Shown: positions 30,490 to 39,488 of the stretch, in pieces
How the letters are laid out: each line of letters starts with the position of its first letter
How positions within the stretch are numbered: the stretch's first letter is position 1
IMG/VR virus record: IMGVR_UViG_3300050026_000055
Coordinates: 32,281 to 96,280 of that record
From: a virus
DNA length: 64,000 nucleotides
Direction: 5' to 3' (one strand)
Notes under the pieces: model-generated
Told to the model about the DNA's origin: nothing
The model's database searches: none
The model's input: only the letters and a program-made list of their open reading frames with translations
Translations under genes and position numbers: made by a program

Positions 30490-31125
30490 TTACTCCATAG
30501 ACAAAGTGAACTCAGTCAAAGCGCATGTCTCAACCAAATCAGAAACCTGCGTGTTTGTTATCGAAGCACAGAACGCTATCACCGGAAGGTTCATACCAAC
30601 CGTAGGTGTAAGATAACCAGTGCTCTGTCCAGAGGCTTGCCATGCGGCACTCGCATTTAGGTTCGGACACGTTAATGGGGCAGTCACAGTGATGGTAGTC
30701 ACCGGAACGCCTGCAATCGTAACCGAAGGCAGATAAGCGATTATCTTTCCGGCATTAGCATCACCAAAAAACTCCTGTTCAATTACGAAGTCATAATAAG
30801 TGCCAGCCGTAAGTGCAGCCGATGCAACCGGGGTAAACGTGTCAGCCGGTGTAGAATTCAATGCACCTGCCGAAGTATATGCCTGCCACAAAAGGCCGAA
30901 TGCTACAGTCTGAGAGGCACCGTGGGCCTTCAACCAGCCGCCAACATTAACCTTAAATCGCTTTCCAGAAAGTTTATTACCGTCAGGACAGTTGTTAAGA
31001 TAAAAATTGCCAGCAGTTAGACCGGCGATAACTCCGCTAGTACTAACAGGAATAATCTGTTCAGATGTTCCCGCAATCGACGTGTATGCGGAAAATGCAA
31101 CTGGCGCTTGTGCTAGAATAGCCAT
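30490..31125 (-). CDS. virion structural protein (tandem paralog of 29828..30451)
   Basis: Same shared motifs; both end TEFT.SME. Confidence 0.65.
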   Translation of the reverse strand: MAILAQAPVAFSAYTSIAGTSEQIIPVSTSGVIAGLTAGNFYLNNCPDGNKLSGKRFKVNVGGWLKAHGASQTVAFGLLWQAYTSAGALNSTPADTFTPVASAALTAGTYYDFVIEQEFFGDANAGKIIAYLPSVTIAGVPVTTITVTAPLTCPNLNASAAWQASGQSTGYLTPTVGMNLPVIAFCASITNTQVSDLVETCALTEFTLSME

Positions 31126-31148
31126 AAAAATCTCCTTTACTACTTTGA

Positions 31149-31304
31149 TTACTCTTTAACCGGAACGTCAAGAACTGGAGTTAATTGGGCCAACCAATAT
31201 TCACAATCCTGAACAGCACCGTTCAAAGCATTATAATTGGCGTGGACTGCTGCCATTTGATTCTTCAATTCAGCAATCCGCGCCTCAAGTGCTTCTTTAT
31301 TCAT
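31149..31304 (-). CDS. small coiled-coil protein (51 aa; absent from ORF track)
   Basis: GGAGGAG RBS; MNKEALEARIAELKNQ...GAVQDCEYWL. Confidence 0.7.
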   Translation of the reverse strand: MNKEALEARIAELKNQMAAVHANYNALNGAVQDCEYWLAQLTPVLDVPVKE

Positions 31305-31340
31305 TTTCTCCTCCATTATTAGTATTACGCATACAACTCG

Positions 31341-31889
31341 TTACCCAAGATACTTCAGACGAAGATGAAATGAGTATTTCATTTGAGCAGCAGTATCCGA
31401 AGTATATCCAACAGCATACTGGATTACCGAAGCAGCCTTAGCATTAACTGTAGCCGAACCGGAAAGCATTGTGGTCGTCAAGTTACCAGACGAACCGGCA
31501 ACACCAACTGTGCTAGGAATCGTAGAATCATCTTTATCTGTGTAAGTAAAGACAACTCCAGTAGAACCAGTCAACGTAGATGTTCCAGCACCAGTGCTAG
31601 CAACAGTCGTTACCTTTGCTTCCCAATCAATTTTATAAAGACCCGCCATATTAGCCGGAACTGTATAAAACGTTGTTGCGCTAATCGCTGCGGCCTGTGC
31701 CAATAAATCTAGTTTAGTTACAACAGACCCAAGCAACGGAACCCAACCGTTGCCCATAGACACGTAACTAGTACCATTTAATGTATCCAAACCGATAGAT
31801 GGATATTGCGCAGAGCCGGGAGCAACAATTGCGCCACTTCCAGTACCAGTCGGGGGAACGCCTTGAAAAATATAATCAATATTTGCCAC
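31341..31889 (-). CDS. capsid decoration/minor structural protein (putative)
   Basis: Directly after the capsid gene and its terminator; GTG start with AGGAG. Confidence 0.5.
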   Translation of the reverse strand: MANIDYIFQGVPPTGTGSGAIVAPGSAQYPSIGLDTLNGTSYVSMGNGWVPLLGSVVTKLDLLAQAAAISATTFYTVPANMAGLYKIDWEAKVTTVASTGAGTSTLTGSTGVVFTYTDKDDSTIPSTVGVAGSSGNLTTTMLSGSATVNAKAASVIQYAVGYTSDTAAQMKYSFHLRLKYLG

Positions 31890-31912
31890 AAATTTCTCCT
31901 TAAAATCAACCC

Positions 31913-31941
31913 AAAGGTGCCCAAATTAATGAGCACCTTTT
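31913..31941 (-). terminator. terminator after major capsid gene
   Basis: AAAGGTGCTCA/TGGGCACCTTT hairpin. Confidence 0.65.
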
Positions 31942-31957
31942 GGTATTGTTGATTTTA

Positions 31958-34900
31958 TTAACTGATAGCAGAACCAGCGTCGATATAACGCAGACGAATC
32001 GTGGTATCAGGCCCAAGACTAACTGTAAAATGGACCTTATCATTCTGTTATCGTGATATTATTTAATTCCTTGGCGAGTTGTTCGACTTCTCGTACTCGT
32101 CGTAGAACTGTGTCGTCATCAACTTGTTTTCCACAAGCACGCGACATGTTAATTTTCATCCAAGAGAATAAAGTAAACTTTGATTTACTCACTTGGCATG
32201 ACATATAAGCGCTATTTTGATTTGAAGAGCAGCATGGAACAAGATTTCCCGGTTTGTGACCAAAATTTGAATCAACTCTGTCCAGCCCCCAAACCTTGCT
32301 ATCTGGCGGATAAGCCCCGCAGTAAGCACATGGCCGTGGTTTTCCAGTTTCATCCAAATAATAATGAATCGCTTGCGTTGGATTATCAAACCCAAATTCT
32401 CGATTCTCTACTTTATCTGTCCATTTCATCCCTAAGTATCGTTTTCTTAAAGATGGATAATATCCTCTTGACATTATCTTTGCTTTTTGTGAAAACTCCA
32501 TGCCAGCTTTTACATAAGCCGTTAAGAGTCCTTCTTTTCTCCAAATGCCCGCCCAACTTTCGATAGTTACAGGTAAAATACCGGTTCTATTGGTAATTTC
32601 CTTGTACGCTCTCTTAGATTGCAGCAGTTCAAGCACTTGTTGCTTCTGTTCTTTCGAATATGTCATAATTAACTAATTATACCACAGGTTAAGCATTTCT
32701 GTCAACCTCTTTTGATTGTTTTTCTCAAAAGTTCGGACTATCACATCACCACGTTAGTGGTGCTCTCTTGTTTAGTCTCTCACGGTGCCTTGCGGCTTCC
32801 GCCTTGTTGTCATTTCAGATTTCAAGTCAATTAAAGAGAGTTCTCACATTTGCTTTTCAGCAAAGTGACCCATACTTTTTAGGATGTCCATCCCGGAATC
32901 AAACCTTCCGGATCAGCTACCGATGGCTCGGCATTTTGCACGACATTGCATTTTATATTCTGCCACTCGCCCGAATCATAGCCCGTATCGCCCTGTGCGC
33001 CAAGATTAATGGCGAACACGCCGTCACGACCAAAGATATAGGTACGAAGCGCAGTCAGACCAGTAATCGCACCAGAGCCGGGATTGTAGTTGGCAGTCGT
33101 AGTAACAAGGTTTGTCTGGAAGAAATGAACGCCGGAAGCCGGAAGTTCGATAACTTCAGTCAAATCTGTACTAATCAACTCGTCCATCTTTGCAAAACCC
33201 ACCGGGGTGTGCTTCAAAATGTCGATAGGAGCATCGTTGCTATTATCGGCCAATATGTCACCAAGAGCAAACGGGTGAATACATTTGTGTTTAGGCTAAA
33301 TCAGAAACAATTTCTGAACCCTGATTCACATCAGGTGCGCTCTTACTGTCACCAGTAAGATCAGACTCTCTCATCACAGATTCATCATCTGCGTTTAGCG
33401 TATTAGTCGTTACGGATAATCCACGTTTATTTAGTGCTTGACACTCAAGCATCAGTTCCTTACGCCTATCTACATTTTTTAGTTCAGTACCACAAGACTG
33501 ACCTAAACGAATGTACTCAAGAATAAGTTTTGCTTGTTTTCTTTTTATCACTAAATACGGCAGAATTCCGAGAATCAATTCCTCAGTATTCTTTTTACCT
33601 TTAGGACGCCAACTATAAGCAATTTTATGTATTTCTTTTGCTCTACGGTGATGATAATAAACACCGCCAAAGTTTTTTATCAACCACTCCATCAGTTCGA
33701 TGTTAGTGTTTGTTATTTCAACCCTTTGGTTGGTGAAATTATATTGCCTTTCTTCACCAAGTTTAGTTGTGTAATAATTACCGTGATTTTGATAAATTGA
33801 AAATGTTCCTTCACCATCAAACAATCCGGCCAGATACGACCAGTACACCTTGTCAGGTGTTTTCATTTGGACTCTTTCCTCGGTATTGTCTCAGAAGCGT
33901 TCTGAGAGTTTCACCGATATAGCTAAATTATAGGGCGCTATTATAAACTAACGCCAGCAAACGACTTGCTTGCTTCATCGAACGGACGAACCGAACGACC
34001 AGCAAGAGACTGCACTTGGTTACGAATCTGAGACAGACTCAGAGTTGTAAAAGCAGTGGTACTTGCAGCAGCCAACTTTACAGCTACCGAACTATCAACA
34101 GTAGCCGCGCCATCAACAACCGCACGCACCAGAGCCGACAAAGACTCACCAAGACGATAAGACATCTCGCGAGCCACATTCTCAACCGTATTATCAATGG
34201 CAGTTGCCAAACTAAGCGAACTGAAATTTGCATAATCCTGTGTTGTTTAGGCTACCTGTATCACTACAGGAGCACTCTTATAGTTTTACCTATAAGATCG
34301 GACTCTATCATCACGTAAAATTACGTGTCTAACGTATTAGTCTCTAGGGATTTCCCACTATTAAGAGCCATACAAGCTACATGAAGTTCGGCTCGTCGTA
34401 AAGGATTTTCTTGTCCTCTCATACGAACCCATTCAAGTGCTATCAACGCCTGCTCTCGTTTTATGATATGATAAGGAAGAGTGCCAAGAAGAATAATTTC
34501 CATTCTCTCGTAACCACCATTTACAAACCATTCAAAACAGGTCTGTACACCTAGTTTACCCTTCTGCTTCGGCCTAAATTCTCCACCAAAATATCGTACC
34601 AACCAGCGCATCAACTTCATTGATGTGTTTGCTACCGATACTTTTAGATCGTATCCGAAGTATTCGTTGCCCTTTTTAGTTTGAAGTGTTGTTCTTGATA
34701 TTCCAATACAACCTTCGGCATCAATTGCCATAGCTAAACGAGCCCATTTAGTCTTATCATTAGTCATAATCTTAGGTCTTTCCTCGGTATTGTCTAATCA
34801 GACTGAGCTGAATAGGTTTTCACCGATATAGTTAGATTTTGATTACCGAGAACGCCAATTAAGCAAAAGCGTACTCGCCGATCACAGCAGTCGTAGTCAG

Positions 34901-35143
34901 GACGGAAACCTGAATCGGATTGCCGACTGTACCTTCCGAAACCTGAGAGGTATTGCCTGCCAGCGGAACGTACATAAACATCTGATACTGATTGCCGGAC
35001 TTAGTAGGCAGATCGAGACGTTCTGCACAAGCTACAAACGGAGTTTGAGCCTTTAGATTCTCCCGAAATTTTTTGTCGTAGTACTTCACTGTGCTCTGAG
35101 GGAGGTTACCAGTGTTGTTTACTGCAGGATTAAAACCAGCCAT
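31958..35143 (-). CDS. major capsid protein (N4 gp56-like), spliced: join of 35143-34868, 34237-33951, 33281-32881, 32040-31958; 348 aa
   Basis: Exons join in frame (276+287+401+83=1047 nt) giving IGEYA|DYANFS, SFAGV|IHPF and GWTSY|KVHF, matching N4-gp56-family motifs; follows scaffold gene. Confidence 0.9.
32040..32666 (-). CDS. intron-encoded HNH-family homing endonuclease with N-terminal HTH
   Basis: CAYCG...GLDRVDSNFGHKPGNLVPCC; related to the 50125 and 54035 endonucleases. Confidence 0.75.
   Translation of the reverse strand: MTYSKEQKQQVLELLQSKRAYKEITNRTGILPVTIESWAGIWRKEGLLTAYVKAGMEFSQKAKIMSRGYYPSLRKRYLGMKWTDKVENREFGFDNPTQAIHYYLDETGKPRPCAYCGAYPPDSKVWGLDRVDSNFGHKPGNLVPCCSSNQNSAYMSCQVSKSKFTLFSWMKINMSRACGKQVDDDTVLRRVREVEQLAKELNNITITE
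32041..32880 (-). mobile_element. group I intron 3 in major capsid gene
   Basis: Exon ends UCCU; IGS UAUGGG pairs with both exons; P3 CUCUCUU/AAGAGAG, P7 GACUA/UAGUC; ORF in P9 region; terminal G at 32041. Confidence 0.85.
32676..32705 (-). promoter_or_regulatory. intron-internal promoter for the HNH gene
   Basis: TTGACA-18 nt-TATAAT with extended TG, 9 nt before ATG. Confidence 0.7.
33282..33950 (-). mobile_element. group I intron 2 in major capsid gene
   Basis: P1 GGCGU/GCGCC with U.G, P10 UAUU/AAUA, P3 UUUAGC/GCUAAA, P7 GACU/AGUC, terminal G at 33282; core similar to intron 1 (TATATCGGTGAAA...GACAATACCGAGGAAAG). Confidence 0.9.
33291..33866 (-). CDS. intron-encoded LAGLIDADG homing endonuclease
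   Basis: WSYLAGLFDGEGTF; ILPYLVIKRKQA. Confidence 0.9.
   Translation of the reverse strand: MKTPDKVYWSYLAGLFDGEGTFSIYQNHGNYYTTKLGEERQYNFTNQRVEITNTNIELMEWLIKNFGGVYYHHRRAKEIHKIAYSWRPKGKKNTEELILGILPYLVIKRKQAKLILEYIRLGQSCGTELKNVDRRKELMLECQALNKRGLSVTTNTLNADDESVMRESDLTGDSKSAPDVNQGSEIVSDLA
34238..34867 (-). mobile_element. group I intron 1 in major capsid gene
   Basis: 5' splice after U with P1 GAGUACGCU/GGCGUUCUC (U.G), P10 GAUUAUGC/GCUUAAUU, P3 UCUAAC/GUUAGA, P7 GACU/AGUC, terminal G at 34238. Confidence 0.9.
34321..34767 (-). CDS. intron-encoded LAGLIDADG homing endonuclease
   Basis: WARLAMAIDAEGCI motif; C-terminus overlaps intron P7/P3. Confidence 0.85.
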   Translation of the reverse strand: MTNDKTKWARLAMAIDAEGCIGISRTTLQTKKGNEYFGYDLKVSVANTSMKLMRWLVRYFGGEFRPKQKGKLGVQTCFEWFVNGGYERMEIILLGTLPYHIIKREQALIALEWVRMRGQENPLRRAELHVACMALNSGKSLETNTLDT

Positions 35144-35158
35144 AAATTACACCTTTAT

Positions 35159-36094
35159 TTATTGAGGTTGTCGCGATTTTTTCCATTCAGGAATGAGTAC
35201 TTTTCTTTTGTACTCTTCTGAACCCATCCGATCAATCTCTTCCTGTGAATAGCCTCTCTTTGGTTCAATACCGGTGTCTGAAGATTGTGTTCGATTCAGA
35301 CCAGATGAAGCTTCTCTCACAGTACGCTTTGTTTGCGCCGGTTCAACGTCAGTAATCCGACTGACATCTTCCTGTGCTGGCGGCGTATTTGCCAGCGTTC
35401 TCTCCGGTTCTACAACTACCGGAATTTCCTCACGCACAATTGGAGCCTCCAGAAGTAATCCGACTTCTGTTAGCTTGCTGAATGCTAGTTGAAAGTTTGC
35501 GCGAACTGGTGCCAAATCATTCTTGACCATCCAATTCGTAATAGTTTCAAAGTTTTCATTACAAGGGTAATACTCTGGGGTTGTTGCTACCCAAAGTTCT
35601 GCTTCCATCTTAGCTCGCATGGAAGAAATGTTTTGCTGAGAACTGTTCAATACTGCGCGAATCTTGTCAGGAGATGCGCCGATTGTTGCTTCAAACAACT
35701 TTTTGGAAGCCTCATCAAATCTTTCGGGATCATTTAAATCCCTCGACAACGTAAACCTCTCCTCTGGTGTAAGAGTCACTGGATTAAATTCAACCGTCTC
35801 TGAACCAAAATGAGCGGCATCGTCAGGAATCTCATCGTTGTCATACTTTCCAATCCGCATATTCTTTTTCAATTCGCGGTTCAATTTTATTAATTCTTTA
35901 TTAGCGTTAGCAACTTTATCTAAAACTTCTTGCGCTGTAGCTCCTTTAAATACCTGCTTTGCTCCTAGAGCGCGGCCGCTATCATCAACGGCCTGATACT
36001 CATAGACAAACAGTTCTGGCACTACCACAACCTGCTCTACAACAGGTTCTACAACTACTTCGACAATAGGTTCTTGCACAATCTCAGCTTCCAC
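35159..36094 (-). CDS. capsid scaffolding protein (putative)
   Basis: Acidic, helical, immediately upstream of capsid; C-terminal EEIDRMGSEEY; GGAGG RBS with GTG. Confidence 0.65.
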   Translation of the reverse strand: MEAEIVQEPIVEVVVEPVVEQVVVVPELFVYEYQAVDDSGRALGAKQVFKGATAQEVLDKVANANKELIKLNRELKKNMRIGKYDNDEIPDDAAHFGSETVEFNPVTLTPEERFTLSRDLNDPERFDEASKKLFEATIGASPDKIRAVLNSSQQNISSMRAKMEAELWVATTPEYYPCNENFETITNWMVKNDLAPVRANFQLAFSKLTEVGLLLEAPIVREEIPVVVEPERTLANTPPAQEDVSRITDVEPAQTKRTVREASSGLNRTQSSDTGIEPKRGYSQEEIDRMGSEEYKRKVLIPEWKKSRQPQ

Positions 36095-36108
36095 TTTGAA
36101 TATCCTCC

Positions 36109-36420
36109 TTATTCATCCAACAATGCCTCAGTAATATCAGGCATTGGTTCATCATTTTCTCTTGGCACATGACTGTAAATCTCAATCTCATTGTTTAAAC
36201 GACTTATGAGAGCTACATAAAACTGAGCGGCAGCTTGTGCTATAGAATGCCGCTCAACCAATTCTTCAGTATTTCCCGGTTTCACATTGATTAGTGCAAC
36301 CTTAAACTTCTCAACCTCACTTTCGCATATTTTCTGAAAAATCTGAAATCCGTCAGTTTTAACTAAATATGCTATATGTGCTCTTTCTTGAGCTGTTAAT
36401 TCAAACTCTGGATCAATCAT
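36109..36420 (-). CDS. small head-module hypothetical protein
   Basis: Typical small gene between portal and scaffold. Confidence 0.6.
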   Translation of the reverse strand: MIDPEFELTAQERAHIAYLVKTDGFQIFQKICESEVEKFKVALINVKPGNTEELVERHSIAQAAAQFYVALISRLNNEIEIYSHVPRENDEPMPDITEALLDE

Positions 36421-36427
36421 TCTCCCC

Positions 36428-37261
36428 CTAAAATACCTTCAATGCTGTGCCACACTGTGAACAAAAACTGAATCGACTTGGATTCACTTTTCCGCAGGTC
36501 ACACAAATAGGTTTACGATCAACTGTTATTGGTCTACTTATCACCGAACCGTTGCATTCACCGACCAGTCGTAGTATCATTATGTTGTTTTGATCTTCAG
36601 TGTTAAACCAACCACCTTGTCTAAACTTTTGTGTACTCTCACTGCCCGGAACAGTAATGCCGGTTTCCGACACACAATTTGAAAGCGAATTACATAAACA
36701 ACTCATTGCCTTAATAGAAGACATTGATGGTATTCCAGCAGAAATCTGTGCTTGACCTGTTCCATAACTTGCAGTATTGGTATTTCTAACAATTCCGGTT
36801 GCCCCACTAAGCACTGTGTTTGAATTATACCACTGTGTCTGGTAGATTGGGGTCGAATATGTATGTTGAATAGGCCAGTAATTACAGTTATAGTTGTAAA
36901 TCGTAGGCGGTTTCTCAAACTTATATTCTATCCTAATCAAACCGTCTTCTACTCCTATACCGCGATGTTCCTCAATTTGTTCTGTTCGTTCAATAAATCG
37001 AAATCTATTTCCTTTTTCAAAATTGCCTTTGCGAATAGACCGTTCCAGCTCCAAATGGCTATTTGCATACACAATCAATCCGATTCCACCTGTAATATCA
37101 TCGCCATCAATAAATATGTTAACAAGCGCTCGAACTGTATTCATATTCTTTAACAATATGTTGTACTCAGAACCAAATGGCAACATTACTACTTCTTTAT
37201 TCTCTCTTAAAATACGCCCATCTACTTTAATGGCCGCGACCATCTTCTGTGAATACATCAT
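36428..37261 (-). CDS. conserved hypothetical protein with C-terminal zinc ribbon
   Basis: LPFGSEYNILLKN...FRFIERT; CVTCG...FCSQCG. Confidence 0.7.
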   Translation of the reverse strand: MMYSQKMVAAIKVDGRILRENKEVVMLPFGSEYNILLKNMNTVRALVNIFIDGDDITGGIGLIVYANSHLELERSIRKGNFEKGNRFRFIERTEQIEEHRGIGVEDGLIRIEYKFEKPPTIYNYNCNYWPIQHTYSTPIYQTQWYNSNTVLSGATGIVRNTNTASYGTGQAQISAGIPSMSSIKAMSCLCNSLSNCVSETGITVPGSESTQKFRQGGWFNTEDQNNIMILRLVGECNGSVISRPITVDRKPICVTCGKVNPSRFSFCSQCGTALKVF

Positions 37262-37372
37262 TTTACTCTCCTTTTAACCGCTCATAGGCTAAGAGCGCAT
37301 TGTTTAAAGCCTATTAGTGTGGCCGTGCTCTGGGTAACTTCGTTCGTGTCCAGCAATACACGGCCACTACAC

Positions 37373-39475
37373 TTACGCAATAGTAGGTGTTTCAGCAGCA
37401 CCTTGAAGACCATTGGCGCTAGGTTGACCAGTTTCAGCCTGACCCATAGCAGAGTTTCTGAATGACTCTCTAACAATGTCTCGCTTAATACGATTGTCAG
37501 TTCCTTCGTCGTCCAACTTCTGTTTGTTTTCAAACTTCTGTTGTTCGGATTGCTGACTAACTGCGGCCTTGCTTTGTGCCAAGGCTTGTTGAGACGCTGC
37601 TGCCTGTTTCTGTTTCATTTCAGGAGTCATCTTCTTAATGATGTCCTGCTTGTTCTTCCATTCACTTGACTCCATCCACATTTCAAGTATTGGTTTAAAA
37701 TCGATATACTCTTCGTTGATGTCAGCCAAATTCTTTTGGATGTTAGGTTGTGAGAATATCTGAGTAATAAGAGTCATGGACTGAGCCATAATTCGCTTTG
37801 CAGCCAGACTAGCTCCTGCCAAGACTTCATACTCATGTTTGGCATCATGGAACTCTTGCATGTCCAAGACGTATTCTTTGCCTAACTCTTCGCCGATGAT
37901 CGATTTGATTTCAGCGTCCGAAATGTAATGAAAAATCAAATAATCTAGAATGTATAAGAATGGTTTAAATACCTGTTCAATGAAGTTATCAAGTGGTCCA
38001 TCTAAGCGAGTGGCAGATGCACTGGCCAGAATTCCGGCACCACCAGCAGTCCTACCCATCGATGAACGCGGACCTGCGGTACTTCCTTGAACCAACATTT
38101 GGTCTGCACCGGAACTAGATTCACTTGCTTTTTCCGATTCGGATAATGCTTGCCATACTTCAGGAGGAACCTTGGGAACCTCAAGAAGATGATAAGCTTC
38201 CTTGGCATTGCCGTCTACGGTAAGAATTTTGCCTAATCCGGTACGAATCATCTGAGTGGGGCTATTTGCACCACGATTGCGCAGATAAATCGGATTTACA
38301 CCAAAACTCAACACCTTCAAAATAGCATTGATTGTTCCTTGATCGACTCGTTGGTTTTGACCAACGATTAATCCAAGGCCCATTCCATAAAATGCTTTTG
38401 GGCGATTCCACCAGTTAGCAGATAAAAATGGTATCTGTTTAAACTTATTTTCGCCTGTGTATATTACCTTTTTGCGATCCAGAACTAAAATCTTTCGCTG
38501 CTTGTCCCAGTATTCCAGTATTTCTAGCTTTTTAAGCAACGGGTCTGGGCCAACCTTGATGTTTTCATCCTCGGCGTGATGCACAGCGCCCGTAATATAC
38601 GCCTGCTGATCGGTTGCTAGTTTTGGGGCAACATTGTCTTCTGGTGGCAACCACAGGTTTATTAATGATGTCGGAAAACTCCAACCCTCTAATGATCTTC
38701 CTTTTTCATCAGAGTTGGTTTCCTTCAATTCCTTCATTTGATAGAAGTCCATGTAACGAACATCAATCACATGGTCAGCTTCTCTAATGTCACCGACCAG
38801 TAGGTGTGGATCAACAAGCACTCTAGCAATTGGTCGATACTCAAAAAATGGTCTAGGAACAAATTTAACAGTAGTTGTTATATCAGGTTCATCATCTAAA
38901 GGAACACTTACATTTGATCCTGCGACTCCTGATGGACCAGACTTAATGGTAGTAGTCGTTGCTTTTCTAGTAACGATTTCAACTTTTTCGTAACAAATTC
39001 CCCACTTCCAAATACTTGTGCCAAGTTGAGCCATTTGTTCCAGACCCCACTTGGTATCGCGTCTAAATTTACAGGCGTCCAACAAGTAAGAGAACATGGC
39101 TGTTTTAGCAGTAGTAATGTCTTGCGATGTGCCCGGTCTAGGACGAAGAATCATGGGCGGATCAGCATAGAATAATCCTTTATACAACTGCGGCACCACT
39201 GCATTACAAATCTTAGCTACAGTAAATCTCTGTACGTTCGGTTCCAGAACATAGGTGTTCTCATAAACCGTCATAGGTCGTGGATTTTGATAAAGTAAGT
39301 CAACATCTCTCCAGAGCAAAGCCCACTGCTTGTTAGCGATAAAATCTTCAGCAACCGATGCTGACTGAACCACTAACGCTAAGTCTCCGCTTTTTGTTTT
39401 TATCTCGCCGTCATTAGTAAAATCCTCTTTTACTAAATTGCGGTTGGCGTTGCCTTCTGATTCAATCATCGACAT
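37373..39475 (-). CDS. portal protein
   Basis: 700 aa directly after terminase; FYGMGLG...NQ and RTAGG portal-like motifs. Confidence 0.8.
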   Translation of the reverse strand: MSMIESEGNANRNLVKEDFTNDGEIKTKSGDLALVVQSASVAEDFIANKQWALLWRDVDLLYQNPRPMTVYENTYVLEPNVQRFTVAKICNAVVPQLYKGLFYADPPMILRPRPGTSQDITTAKTAMFSYLLDACKFRRDTKWGLEQMAQLGTSIWKWGICYEKVEIVTRKATTTTIKSGPSGVAGSNVSVPLDDEPDITTTVKFVPRPFFEYRPIARVLVDPHLLVGDIREADHVIDVRYMDFYQMKELKETNSDEKGRSLEGWSFPTSLINLWLPPEDNVAPKLATDQQAYITGAVHHAEDENIKVGPDPLLKKLEILEYWDKQRKILVLDRKKVIYTGENKFKQIPFLSANWWNRPKAFYGMGLGLIVGQNQRVDQGTINAILKVLSFGVNPIYLRNRGANSPTQMIRTGLGKILTVDGNAKEAYHLLEVPKVPPEVWQALSESEKASESSSGADQMLVQGSTAGPRSSMGRTAGGAGILASASATRLDGPLDNFIEQVFKPFLYILDYLIFHYISDAEIKSIIGEELGKEYVLDMQEFHDAKHEYEVLAGASLAAKRIMAQSMTLITQIFSQPNIQKNLADINEEYIDFKPILEMWMESSEWKNKQDIIKKMTPEMKQKQAAASQQALAQSKAAVSQQSEQQKFENKQKLDDEGTDNRIKRDIVRESFRNSAMGQAETGQPSANGLQGAAETPTIA

Positions 39476-39488
39476 CTGTTAACCTCTC

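Noticed and set aside
32768-33358. 196-aa plus-strand ORF
   Set aside because: Antisense shadow of capsid exon 3 and intron sequence; no RBS or motifs.
31958-35143. Capsid fragments as a pseudogene, frameshifts or stop-codon recoding
   Set aside because: Fragments are separated by 630-840-nt inserts with group I intron hallmarks; genes elsewhere use all three stops normally.
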